From Chlamydiia bacterium (GTDB lineage: Bacteria; Chlamydiota; Chlamydiia; Chlamydiales; JAAKFR01), in assembly GCA_020440555.1 (NCBI GenBank), contig JAGRNW010000001.1, forward strand, positions 1 through 56,959: DNA of 56,959 nucleotides, in the 5' to 3' direction. This document shows, piece after piece, positions 9,331 through 19,161 of this stretch; positions within the stretch are counted from its first letter, which is position 1; every line of letters starts with the position of its first letter. The translations under genes were made by a program, and so were the position numbers. The notes beneath the pieces were generated by a model. The model was given only the letters and a program-made list of their open reading frames with translations, made no database searches and had not been told where the DNA came from.

Positions 9331-12300
9331 ATGGATGATGATTCTCAAATAATCATTAAAAACGCACGGATCCACAATCTTAAGGGAATTGATCTTTCTC
9401 TAGGAAAACAAGAACTTATTGTCTTCACCGGAGTCTCTGGTTCGGGAAAAAGTTCTTGTGCATTTGATATCCTCTATATCGAGGGGCAGCGCCGATATAT
9501 AGAATCTCTTTCCACATTTGCAAGAAGATATTTAGGGGATCTTTCAAAACCCGATGTGGAATGCGTTTCGGGATTATCTCCCACCATTGCGATCGCTCAA
9601 AAATCGGCAGGAAAAAATCCGCGCTCCACCGTCGGAACCCTCACGGAAATTTATGATTATTTAAGGGTGTTATACGCCCGCATCGGGATACCTCATTGTC
9701 CAGTGAGCGGAGAAGCCGTCCTTCCTCAAAGCAAAGAGATGATCATTCAATCGATTCAATCTCTTCCCTTGGAAACCAAGATAATTTTCCTTGCCCCTTA
9801 TGCAAAAGGAAAAAAAGGAGAATTCAAGGAAGATTTTAATTTCCTTGTACGCAAGGGGTTTATGCGTGCGCGGATCGATGGCAACATCGTCGATTTAAGT
9901 GAAGAAATTTCCCTCGACAAAACACTTTCTCATGATATTGACATTGTGATCGATCGTTTGAATCTCACAAAAGAAAATTTTCCACGCATCGCAGAGGGGG
10001 TGACCGTTGCACTCGAGTTTGGAAAAGGAGTGCTGTCGATTCTAAATTTGACAACCCAAGAAGAAGTGCTTTTTTCTCAGCATGCCTATTCTCAAAAATC
10101 TGGGCTATCTTATACCTCGCTTGAACCTAGCAATTTTTCTTTTAATAGTCCTTCCGGAATGTGCTCAAGATGTCATGGACTTGGAATTACACAAGAATTT
10201 GATCTCGACCTTGTCAGCGATCCTGAAAAGAGCATCGCCCAAGATTGTTATCAAAAGGCTTTGATGAAAACAACCGTTTGCCAGGCCTGTGGTGGATCTC
10301 GTCTTCTTCCTTATCCCTCTGCAACACTACTCAATGGGAAAAAAATTCATGAACTCACTCAATTAACCGTCGAGGAACTTGGTCTTTTTATTTCCAAACT
10401 TCAGCTGAATAAAAAAGAGCGGCTCATTGCACAGGAACTTGTTAAAGAGATGGACGATCGTTTGAAATTTTTAAAAAATGTGGGACTCCATTACCTTACC
10501 CTCGACAGAACGGCCCCCACCCTCTCGGGGGGAGAATCTCAGCGTGTGCGATTAGCTTCTCAGGTAGGATGTGGTTTGGTAGGGGTCACTTATGTTCTTG
10601 ACGAACCTTCGATTGGTCTTCATCCCCGGGACAACCAACATTTGATTGCTACAATCAAAGAATTGCGCGATCTAGGAAACACTGTGATTGTGGTTGAGCA
10701 TGATGAGGAAACCATTTTAGCTGCCGATCGAATCGTCGATTTTGGTCCAGGCCCTGGAATGCATGGAGGAGAGATTTTGGTGAATGGAACTCTCAAAGAT
10801 CTGATGGATCACAAAAATTCACTCACTGGTGACTATCTTTCCTGCCGCAGATCGATTCCCATTCCCGAAAAAAGACGTCTCCCAAATCAAGGTGTACTTG
10901 CTATTATCGGAGCCTCTCATCACAACCTCAAATCTATCGATGTGAGCTTTCCTCTAGGCCTCTTCATTGCCGTGACTGGTGTCTCGGGCTCTGGAAAATC
11001 CTCATTGGTATCAGACACTCTCTTTCCTGCTCTTGCTAATGCCCTGAATCAGAGTGATCATTTCGTTGGAAAACATAAAAAAATTCAAGGTTTAGAACAG
11101 ATCGATAAAGTAATCGCGATTGATCAAAATCCTATTGGAAGAAATCCCCGTTCCAACCCAGCCACTTACATCAAAGTCATGGACGAAATTCGTCATTTAT
11201 TCACTCAACTTCCCGAAAGCATAGCCCGCGGATACCTCCCCGGTCGTTTTAGCTTCAACGTACCCGAGGGATCATGCCGGGAATGTGAAGGAATGGGAAT
11301 GATGCGCATCGATATGGATTTTTTAGAAGATCAGTGGATTGAATGCAAAACATGTAAGGGAAAACGATTTGATCACGAAACTTTGCAGGTCCTTTACAAG
11401 GGAAAGTCCATCTACGATGTCCTTAAGATGACTGCAGAAGAGGCCTTTTCATTTTTTGGGAATATCCCTTCTATCAAACACAAAATTGAAATTCTTTGCC
11501 AAGTGGGGATGGGATATATCACTCTTGGACAAGCCTCAACGACTCTCTCAGGAGGTGAGGCTCAACGGATTAAATTAGCCAAGGAACTCGTTCGTCCTCC
11601 CACGGGGAGAACCCTTTATATCCTCAATGAACCCACAACAGGGCTTCATTTCCACGATATCCATGCTCTTCTTGCCGTTTTAAAGAAGCTTGTTGATTTT
11701 GGTAACACTCTCATCGTTGTCGAACACAATATGGATATCATCAAAACTGCCGATTGGGTGATTGATTTGGGCCCGGATGGAGGAGACGGAGGAGGAACCT
11801 TGGTGGGAGTGGGTCCTCCAGAAGAAATCATAAAACTCAAAACTGCCACGGGAGAAGCATTAAAAAAATTTTTATCCTCTCATAAATTACCCTTTAAAAA
11901 ACGACAATCAAAAAGAAAACCCCAAATCGATTTCCTGACAGTGGAAGGGGCATCTGAACACAATCTAAAATCTCTTACCGTTTCAATTCCTCGAGAGAAA
12001 ATCACCATCTGTACCGGCCCATCAGGCTCAGGAAAAAGTTCGTTTGCTTTTGACACAATTTACGCCGAGGGACAGAGACGCTATACAGAATCCCTTTCTC
12101 CTTATGCAAGACAATTTGTGAAGCAAATGGATAAACCCAAGCTCACCCGGATCGAAGGACTCTCTCCTGCTGTGGCCATCGAACAAAAAGCAACGGCTGG
12201 AAATCCACGTAGTACCATTGGAACAATGACCGAGATTTACGACTACTTACGCATTCTTTTTGCCTGTGCCGGCACCCCACACTCCCCTAAAACAGGAGAG

Positions 12301-14640
12301 GAACTTAAAAGTATCACCAAAGATTATGTCGTCAAAAAAATTATAGAATGGCCCCAGGAATCAAAAATTCTGATTCTTTCCCCTGTGACTTTAAACAAAC
12401 ATGAAACGTTTGAGGAATTTATCAACCGAATGGTCAGACAGGGATTTTTACGCCTCCGTTTAAATGGTGAAATTCATGAACTTGACTCCTCCATCCCCTA
12501 TGATAGAAAACGAAAAAACACCATCGCTTTGGTGATCGACCGTCTGAAAATCTCTGACAAAAGCACCTCTCGAATTTATGAGGGGATAGAGACGGCCACT
12601 CATCTTAGCTCTGGAAGTGTGATCATTGTCCATGAAGAACAAGATTATTTTTTTAACCTCTCTTTTGCGGAGCCCACCACTGGTAAGTCCTATCCTCCCA
12701 TTACACCCCATACCTTCTCATTCAACAGTCCTGAAGGAATGTGCCTTGACTGCATGGGGCTTGGAACACAGTACGGCTCCAATCTTACCGAAAATCCCGA
12801 TGTGATGAACCTCACCCTCAAAGGACTCTTGCGCTACATTTTTAATACACCAAAAGAATGGGCTCACCCCTTGCTTACCACTTTTTTTCGAGTCATTGAG
12901 CAAAAAAAGATCGATCAGACAATTCCTCTTCATGAACTTGAAGCTACTCAACTTCAGTTTATCTTTGGAGGAAGCTCTGAAGAGATTACTGTGAGTCAAG
13001 GGTTCCGCTTTAAGTGGCTAGGAATCGGAACTCATCTCGCTCGGATGGGAAAAATCGCTCTCTACGAAATCCGTAACCAACTGATCCCCTATCTCAAAAC
13101 AATTCCTTGCCTCTCCTGCTCAGGAACACGTTTGAACCCACTGGCACGCCATGTGATGCTCAAGGGAAAAAACCTTCCCGATCTTTGCACGCTTCCTATT
13201 GATCAAGTGATTGATTTTTGTAACTCTCTGAAAGTTTCGAACATTTTAAATGAAGTGTTCACCCAACTTAATCAGAGACTTCAATTTCTTTCAGAAGTGG
13301 GATTAAACTACCTTAGCCTTGACCGGAGAGCCCCTACACTCAGTAATGGAGAGGCTCAAAGGGTCCGCCTCGCAAAACAGTTGGGAGGACAGCTCACCGG
13401 GGTTCTCTACGTCTTGGATGAACCTTCAATTGGCCTTCACCCGCATGATAATTCTCGACTTAATAAAGCTATCAAACAACTCAAGAAACTGGGAAACACT
13501 CTCATAATAGTGGAACACGACCCACAAACGATTGAAATAGCTGATTATATCCTCGATTTCGGTCCAGGAGCTGGGAAAATGGGAGGATGCTTAATAGCCC
13601 AAGGAACTTACTCTGATATTATTCAGAATCCCGAGTCACTGACAGGAAATTATCTAAGCGGAAAAAAAACTGTTCCCTTTCCAAAAAAAAGACGCCGAAC
13701 AGATTGCTGGTTCACAATTGAACACGCGAAGACACATAATCTAAAAAATCTCACCGTTTCATTCATGATTGGAGGATTTAATGTTTTAACAGGCGTCTCA
13801 GGCTCGGGAAAATCAACTCTTCTTTTTGATGAAATTCAGCCGCGTGCTCTGCACTCTAAGACCTTTGACAAACAGATTGTGATCGATCAAAATCCTCTAG
13901 GTCATACTGTTCGATCCGATGTAGGAACTTACGCCGATCTCCTCTCCCCCTTGCGCACTTTTTATTCTCAATTAGCTCTCTCCCGTATGAAAGGACTCAA
14001 ACCTCAACACTTTAGCACCAACCATCGAAAAGGAATGTGCACAAGCTGCTACGGCTTAGGATACAATAAAGTGGAGATGTATTTTCTTCCGGCGATAAAA
14101 GTCGCTTGTGAGCAATGCCAAGGGCTTCGCCTCAATCCGGTTAGCCTTGAAGTGGAATATAAAAAAATCAATTTTGGACAGCTTCTTGAATTGAGCATCG
14201 AAGAAACCCACGCTCTTTTTTATTCGATCCCTAAAGTGAAACAGATTGCAGAACTTCTGATCTCTGTTGGGCTTGGCTACCTAAAACTGGGACAGGAAGT
14301 GACTACCCTTTCAGCCGGAGAAGCCCAACGCATCAAACTCTCCCGAGAACTCGCAAAACGAGGAACGGGAAAAACTCTTTATCTTGTTGATGAACCGACA
14401 ACAGGGCTCCATCCATCTGATATTGAGAAACTTCTTAAAATCTTCCATAAACTGGTGGATAAGGGAAATACGCTTGTTGTGATAGAGCATCATCTGGATG
14501 TGATCAAAAATGGAGATTGGATCATTGATCTTGGCCCAGGTGCTGGAGATAAAGGGGGGGAGCTTGTAGCAGCCGGAACTCCCAGAAGTGTGTCAAAACA
14601 CCCAACTTCGTACACCGGACATTATTTAAACATCGTTTGA
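9331..14640 (+). CDS. uvrA: excinuclease ABC subunit A, tandem double-UvrA polypeptide (~1769 aa)
   Basis: Two complete UvrA modules in one frame. Four Walker A motifs (GVSGSGKSS x2, GPSGSGKSS, GVSGSGKST), four ABC signatures and four Walker B motifs. ATG at 9331 (MDDDSQIIIKNARIHNLKGIDL) matches the canonical UvrA start. The ORF-track start at 9232 is a TTG that would overlap pyk. Confidence 0.95.
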   Translation: MDDDSQIIIKNARIHNLKGIDLSLGKQELIVFTGVSGSGKSSCAFDILYIEGQRRYIESLSTFARRYLGDLSKPDVECVSGLSPTIAIAQKSAGKNPRSTVGTLTEIYDYLRVLYARIGIPHCPVSGEAVLPQSKEMIIQSIQSLPLETKIIFLAPYAKGKKGEFKEDFNFLVRKGFMRARIDGNIVDLSEEISLDKTLSHDIDIVIDRLNLTKENFPRIAEGVTVALEFGKGVLSILNLTTQEEVLFSQHAYSQKSGLSYTSLEPSNFSFNSPSGMCSRCHGLGITQEFDLDLVSDPEKSIAQDCYQKALMKTTVCQACGGSRLLPYPSATLLNGKKIHELTQLTVEELGLFISKLQLNKKERLIAQELVKEMDDRLKFLKNVGLHYLTLDRTAPTLSGGESQRVRLASQVGCGLVGVTYVLDEPSIGLHPRDNQHLIATIKELRDLGNTVIVVEHDEETILAADRIVDFGPGPGMHGGEILVNGTLKDLMDHKNSLTGDYLSCRRSIPIPEKRRLPNQGVLAIIGASHHNLKSIDVSFPLGLFIAVTGVSGSGKSSLVSDTLFPALANALNQSDHFVGKHKKIQGLEQIDKVIAIDQNPIGRNPRSNPATYIKVMDEIRHLFTQLPESIARGYLPGRFSFNVPEGSCRECEGMGMMRIDMDFLEDQWIECKTCKGKRFDHETLQVLYKGKSIYDVLKMTAEEAFSFFGNIPSIKHKIEILCQVGMGYITLGQASTTLSGGEAQRIKLAKELVRPPTGRTLYILNEPTTGLHFHDIHALLAVLKKLVDFGNTLIVVEHNMDIIKTADWVIDLGPDGGDGGGTLVGVGPPEEIIKLKTATGEALKKFLSSHKLPFKKRQSKRKPQIDFLTVEGASEHNLKSLTVSIPREKITICTGPSGSGKSSFAFDTIYAEGQRRYTESLSPYARQFVKQMDKPKLTRIEGLSPAVAIEQKATAGNPRSTIGTMTEIYDYLRILFACAGTPHSPKTGEELKSITKDYVVKKIIEWPQESKILILSPVTLNKHETFEEFINRMVRQGFLRLRLNGEIHELDSSIPYDRKRKNTIALVIDRLKISDKSTSRIYEGIETATHLSSGSVIIVHEEQDYFFNLSFAEPTTGKSYPPITPHTFSFNSPEGMCLDCMGLGTQYGSNLTENPDVMNLTLKGLLRYIFNTPKEWAHPLLTTFFRVIEQKKIDQTIPLHELEATQLQFIFGGSSEEITVSQGFRFKWLGIGTHLARMGKIALYEIRNQLIPYLKTIPCLSCSGTRLNPLARHVMLKGKNLPDLCTLPIDQVIDFCNSLKVSNILNEVFTQLNQRLQFLSEVGLNYLSLDRRAPTLSNGEAQRVRLAKQLGGQLTGVLYVLDEPSIGLHPHDNSRLNKAIKQLKKLGNTLIIVEHDPQTIEIADYILDFGPGAGKMGGCLIAQGTYSDIIQNPESLTGNYLSGKKTVPFPKKRRRTDCWFTIEHAKTHNLKNLTVSFMIGGFNVLTGVSGSGKSTLLFDEIQPRALHSKTFDKQIVIDQNPLGHTVRSDVGTYADLLSPLRTFYSQLALSRMKGLKPQHFSTNHRKGMCTSCYGLGYNKVEMYFLPAIKVACEQCQGLRLNPVSLEVEYKKINFGQLLELSIEETHALFYSIPKVKQIAELLISVGLGYLKLGQEVTTLSAGEAQRIKLSRELAKRGTGKTLYLVDEPTTGLHPSDIEKLLKIFHKLVDKGNTLVVIEHHLDVIKNGDWIIDLGPGAGDKGGELVAAGTPRSVSKHPTSYTGHYLNIV

Positions 14641-14664
14641 GATCTACTCATTCTACTTCAAGAA

Positions 14665-16218
14665 TTAATATAAATAAGCATAAGAAAAATCCACACAACC
14701 AGCATGATCTAGTCGATACCCTTTTAAGGTTGGATGATGTGCATATAAATGTGTGACATTCGCAATCGGAATAAAGGGCATCTCCTCAACAAGAATTTTT
14801 TCAGCTGCAGCTAAACATGCCCTTCTTTTGTCCGGATCTATCAACTCTTTAGCCTGAAGAAGAATTTTTTCATATTCTGTGGAAAACCAATGGGTATAAT
14901 TCTGTTCCTGACTTTGTTCATCCAAAAGCTCGATGGGATCATTGTAGTAAGCACTATTTACAAATCCACATATCTGATAATCTCCACTCTGTATTGAGGG
15001 AAAGAGATGGTTCCATTGTTCCCCTATTAACTCAACTTGAATTCCTAGATTTTTTTCCCAAACCTCTTTGAGATATTCAGCCATTTTTTTGTGAGAATGC
15101 ACCTCACTACAATATTTCAAAGATAAAACAATTGTACAGGGATTTACATCTAGAACTTGTAACTCTTTTTCAAACAAATGTTTAGCTCTTTCTAAATCAA
15201 AATATACAGGAGAATCTCTCAGAAGGGTGAGAGATAAGGGTAAAGGAGTTGTAAGAGGTTGATAATGATCAAATATGTAGCGAGCCACCTGACAGCGATC
15301 TATGCTCAAACTTAAAGCATGCCGAAAGAAGGAAGAATTCAATTTCTCATTTTGAAGATTTAAGTAAACCCAAAAATAACGATTAACCACCTTGCTTTTT
15401 AACAGTCCCCCTTGTTCGAGATGAACAACATATTCAGAAGGGAGTTGCGATAGAGGATCCCCAATCCAATCAAGTTCACCTTTTTCAAAAAGGGAATAAG
15501 TAGCGGCGCAATCCTGAATCATTGAAATATAGATACATTCAAGTTTTACAGCCTCTTGATTCCAAAAATTTGGATTTTTTTTGCAGACGATTTTAGAACC
15601 GAAATCCCATTGATTCAATACAAAAGGACCATTAAATTTTTTTGGTTCTTCCTTAGCATCGACGGGAGAAAATAGAGGATGCGCAAGTAAGGTTAAAAAG
15701 TAAGGTGTTGGCCGCTCCAAAGTGATTTTAAGTCGTTTGGAATCCATCGCTATAACTCCTAAACTTTCGGAAGGAGTCTCCCCCTTTTTAACATTCCGAG
15801 CATTTAGGATAGGAAAAAAATAATAGCTAGAAGAACAATCTGATTGAGGTGACAGTGCCCACGTCCATGCTTTAACATAATCATGAGCTGTCACGTCTGA
15901 TCCATCAGACCATTTGTGATCACGCAAATAAAAGATATATTCTAAGCCAGAGGGTGAACGATCATAGGAAATAGCGCCCGCCATTTCAATAGTCCCATTT
16001 TCAGCTATACGCGTTAACCCTTCATACAACAACTTTCCAAGCGCTCTTCCCCTGATGTGATTTTGCAATTGAAACGGATGGAGAGACGGAGGGTCTCCCT
16101 CGAGAAAATTCACAAATAAAGTGGTAGAACGTATTTTTTTATTTTCATGCTGTTGACAACTAGAAAGTAGCATCACAATTCCTAAAATTGATAATCCAAA
16201 TCGTTTAAATACAAACAT
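14665..16218 (-). CDS. oppA: ABC transporter substrate-binding lipoprotein, family 5 (OppA/DppA-like)
   Basis: Signal peptide with lipobox (MLLSSC). SBP_bac_5-type motifs: LYEGLTR, W(S/T)DG..VTA.D, W.W.L. Conserved C-terminus GCVDFSYAYL shared with the neighbouring paralog. Confidence 0.8.
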   Translation of the reverse strand: MFVFKRFGLSILGIVMLLSSCQQHENKKIRSTTLFVNFLEGDPPSLHPFQLQNHIRGRALGKLLYEGLTRIAENGTIEMAGAISYDRSPSGLEYIFYLRDHKWSDGSDVTAHDYVKAWTWALSPQSDCSSSYYFFPILNARNVKKGETPSESLGVIAMDSKRLKITLERPTPYFLTLLAHPLFSPVDAKEEPKKFNGPFVLNQWDFGSKIVCKKNPNFWNQEAVKLECIYISMIQDCAATYSLFEKGELDWIGDPLSQLPSEYVVHLEQGGLLKSKVVNRYFWVYLNLQNEKLNSSFFRHALSLSIDRCQVARYIFDHYQPLTTPLPLSLTLLRDSPVYFDLERAKHLFEKELQVLDVNPCTIVLSLKYCSEVHSHKKMAEYLKEVWEKNLGIQVELIGEQWNHLFPSIQSGDYQICGFVNSAYYNDPIELLDEQSQEQNYTHWFSTEYEKILLQAKELIDPDKRRACLAAAEKILVEEMPFIPIANVTHLYAHHPTLKGYRLDHAGCVDFSYAYLY

Positions 16219-16221
16219 TTT

Positions 16222-18948
16222 TCACATCTGTTGATAATATGCATAAGAAAAATCCACACATCCTGTCGAGTCAAAGTAATATTTCTGTAATTTTGGGCAG
16301 ACTGCGTAGGTATTTCGGATATTTGCTATAGAAAGGAAGGGAACATCATGAGCGAGTTGCCTTTCAGCAGCCTGTAAAAGTTCTCTACTTTTAGTTGAAT
16401 TTTTCGTTTTTTTTGCTAATTTAATCTTGTTAAAATAATTCCTGTTTTTCCATTGAGAGCAATTCAAGTAAGGATAAAAACTCACAAATCGTTGCAATGC
16501 ATCCAAGGGGTCTGAAGAAAGCACACTTTCTATACACCCCCCAATTTGAAAATCCCCCTCTTCAAAAGCTCGATTAAGTTGATCCCAATGCATTGGTCGC
16601 AATTGTATTCGAACAGGCAGAATTTTTTGCCATGCTTCTTTTAAATGATACACTAATTCTCGATGACCATGTGTGTCGTAATAACAAAAATCGAAAGTTA
16701 CAGGATTTTCACGTTTGACCTGAGGAAGGCTTTTGCGAAAACAAGACCGAGCTTTTTCAACGTTGAACTCAGAGACAAAAGAATCTGAAATAAGAGATAA
16801 CCCCAAAGGGAGAGGCGTATACATAGGAATATCATACGGGAAAATATTATTGATAATCGCAACTCTGTCTGTGGCATAATCGAATGCTTTTCTTAGAAAA
16901 AGCGAACAAAACGGAGATTTTTGAGTGTTAAAATAAATCCAAAATGGTCGGTAAGAAGTCTGATGCATGGGACGAATGCAAAATGATTTAGGGAAGCGTG
17001 TGAAGGGTTCCCCTATCCAATCGAGCCTCTTCTGTTCAAAATGCTCCTTAATTAGAATTTCATTTTGAAGATATTTGATAACGATTTGATCAAAATACAC
17101 ACGAGTGGCATCCCAAAAATGTGAATTTCTTTCCAAAAGCAATCCATCATGGCCGCTTTTTTTTAAAAGAGAATAAGGACCATTAAAAACTGTGGGTTCT
17201 TTTTCCGAATCACACGTAGGAAAAAAATAGGGTAAAGCTACCTTCTCGAGAAAATAAGGATCAGCCCTCTCAAGCTCCACTTCTATGCAGCCGACATCAA
17301 AAATCTTAATCCCTAACTCTTTTTCAGAACACTTTTTATCTCTGAATTTTTCTCCATTTTTAATGATCAATAAATAATCGGTCAAATTAGTTCGTAGAGC
17401 ATTTTGCAAACTCGATATCCAACTTTTTGCATAATCAAAAGCCGTCACTTGTTTACCATTAGACCAAAAATTACGGCGCAGTCGAAATCGAATCTTATTT
17501 CCTTCAATTTCCCAAGAAGAAGCCCCTGCTGGACTAGGGTTTCCTTCTCTATCCAAGCGCGTAAGACCCTCATAACAAAGCTTCATAAGAGTTCGAAACC
17601 CCACTGAACAAGCGAGAAAATGTGGATGAAGCGAGTAAATCACCCCATCCTGAAACACTAAATTGAGTGTCTTTTTTTGGGGTTCACGGCGTTCATTGAT
17701 GGTTAAATTCATGCATTGTTCTTTTGAGGCCTCTAAAAAGCAATCATAATGCTCTTCATGAAGTTTGATCTCTATATGTGATTTTTCACTAAAATTCACA
17801 AAAGCTTGATCAACTTGGATTTTTGTTTTATTAACTATCAAAATTCGATGCTTATAATCGTAAAAATAACCCCCTTTTTTGGCTTCGGCGACTCCAAGGG
17901 TTAAGGCAATTAACATCTTCGCGGAAAGGGATAACCTCATTTCAATCGGTTGCAGAGCAAAAAAAACTTTTTCAGCCACTTGTACAAGAGCTTGGGGAAG
18001 TTCAGGGCGATAGGATTCAAATTGTTCGAACAATTTTTCAAGCAATCCTCCGTTAAAATCTCGAAAAAAACCCACAAGATTTTCGAGAGACTTGCAAACT
18101 CCTCTCCTGACTGATAAAAAATCGATCTCTCCATCTTCATAAAACAACTCCGACCGAAACTTTAACGAAAAAACTATACTAGTTGTTGGAATATTTGTGT
18201 TGTCTGTGTATCGAAAATGCTCAAAAAATGAAACAGAAGAGGGAAGTTGACTAAAATTAGGAGCGGAGCGAAGTGTGGGTTGAACAAGATGAATAAGGAA
18301 ATCCAAAGATTTAGAAGTTTGTTTGCGAAGAAGAATGGAAACATGAGGAATATCTTGTGAACTAGTAATTTGAGCACGAAGAGTCAAAATTTGACGAAAA
18401 GATTCTTCTTCTTGGTAGGGCCAAAAGGTGGAAAAATTAAGGGAAGACCTATGAATGTCTAAAAATTTTTTTATCTTTTTCTCTACATTAACTCTTTCTT
18501 TTCTGGATAATGGATATCCAACCAAATGTTGCATCTCAAGATAAAATGCATAAATGGGATGATCTGAAGATTTCCAGAAAAAAAAAGAATCTTCTACCAA
18601 ACTGGAACCGGACAACACACTTTTTATCGCAGAAATTAACCATGAAGCAGCTGGACACTCGTAAGGATCTTGATTAAAAATCATGATTGAAATGCTGGTA
18701 ATCGACAATTGAGAAAAAATATGAACAGAGACCGATACATGGCTCTTCAAAGTTCGTTGTTGAAGCAAATACAGAGAGGCCACAATTCTTTTGAGATTTG
18801 AAAGAGTGCGTTTATTAAGAAAGGACGCATGCGCACAACCAAGTGTTGCATAAAGCGTTTTTTTTAGCGATGGAGTGAAGATGTTGGGAAAAATTTTATG
18901 AGCACGTTCTGCAGACCTATTTAATGATTTTTCTTTCAATAGAGTCAC
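16222..18948 (-). CDS. OppA-like family-5 substrate-binding domain fused to a ~424-aa N-terminal domain of unknown function
   Basis: Residues ~425-908 are SBP family 5 (CYEGLTRLD, FWSNGKQVTAFDY, C-terminal GCVDFSYAY). Residues 1-424 show no motif I recognise and no signal peptide. The start is uncertain: GTG at 18948, first in-frame ATG at 18684. Confidence 0.7.
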   Translation of the reverse strand: MTLLKEKSLNRSAERAHKIFPNIFTPSLKKTLYATLGCAHASFLNKRTLSNLKRIVASLYLLQQRTLKSHVSVSVHIFSQLSITSISIMIFNQDPYECPAASWLISAIKSVLSGSSLVEDSFFFWKSSDHPIYAFYLEMQHLVGYPLSRKERVNVEKKIKKFLDIHRSSLNFSTFWPYQEEESFRQILTLRAQITSSQDIPHVSILLRKQTSKSLDFLIHLVQPTLRSAPNFSQLPSSVSFFEHFRYTDNTNIPTTSIVFSLKFRSELFYEDGEIDFLSVRRGVCKSLENLVGFFRDFNGGLLEKLFEQFESYRPELPQALVQVAEKVFFALQPIEMRLSLSAKMLIALTLGVAEAKKGGYFYDYKHRILIVNKTKIQVDQAFVNFSEKSHIEIKLHEEHYDCFLEASKEQCMNLTINERREPQKKTLNLVFQDGVIYSLHPHFLACSVGFRTLMKLCYEGLTRLDREGNPSPAGASSWEIEGNKIRFRLRRNFWSNGKQVTAFDYAKSWISSLQNALRTNLTDYLLIIKNGEKFRDKKCSEKELGIKIFDVGCIEVELERADPYFLEKVALPYFFPTCDSEKEPTVFNGPYSLLKKSGHDGLLLERNSHFWDATRVYFDQIVIKYLQNEILIKEHFEQKRLDWIGEPFTRFPKSFCIRPMHQTSYRPFWIYFNTQKSPFCSLFLRKAFDYATDRVAIINNIFPYDIPMYTPLPLGLSLISDSFVSEFNVEKARSCFRKSLPQVKRENPVTFDFCYYDTHGHRELVYHLKEAWQKILPVRIQLRPMHWDQLNRAFEEGDFQIGGCIESVLSSDPLDALQRFVSFYPYLNCSQWKNRNYFNKIKLAKKTKNSTKSRELLQAAERQLAHDVPFLSIANIRNTYAVCPKLQKYYFDSTGCVDFSYAYYQQM

Positions 18949-19161
18949 GACGTTAGTTCGTTTTTTGAGACAGGATTTTCTCTAAGCTGTTTAATTTTAG
19001 TCAAAAGAAATTTTTCTTAAAAGAGCGTAAAATAAGAATGTTTTCTCAAAACCTGTCCTCATCATTAGAATCTGTCTTAAACAACAATGCCTTTTCCAAC
19101 CATTTCGGCTTGCAATTCGTTGGGTATAATTGAATAATCAGATCAAAAGTTATTCGTTGAA

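Noticed and set aside
18963-19061. Inverted repeat tgagacaggatttt (18966-18979) and aaaacctgtcctca (19048-19061) in the spacer between the OppA-fusion gene and pknD.
   Set aside because: It gives only about 13 matches, needs an indel in each arm and is AT-rich, so it is within chance expectation. Without conservation data I cannot call it an operator or leader structure.
19126-19131. Perfect TATAAT about 30 nt upstream of the pknD ATG, as a promoter -10.
   Set aside because: No acceptable -35 (ATTTCG at 17-nt spacing) or TG extension accompanies it. A lone TATAAT in AT-rich DNA is not sufficient evidence.
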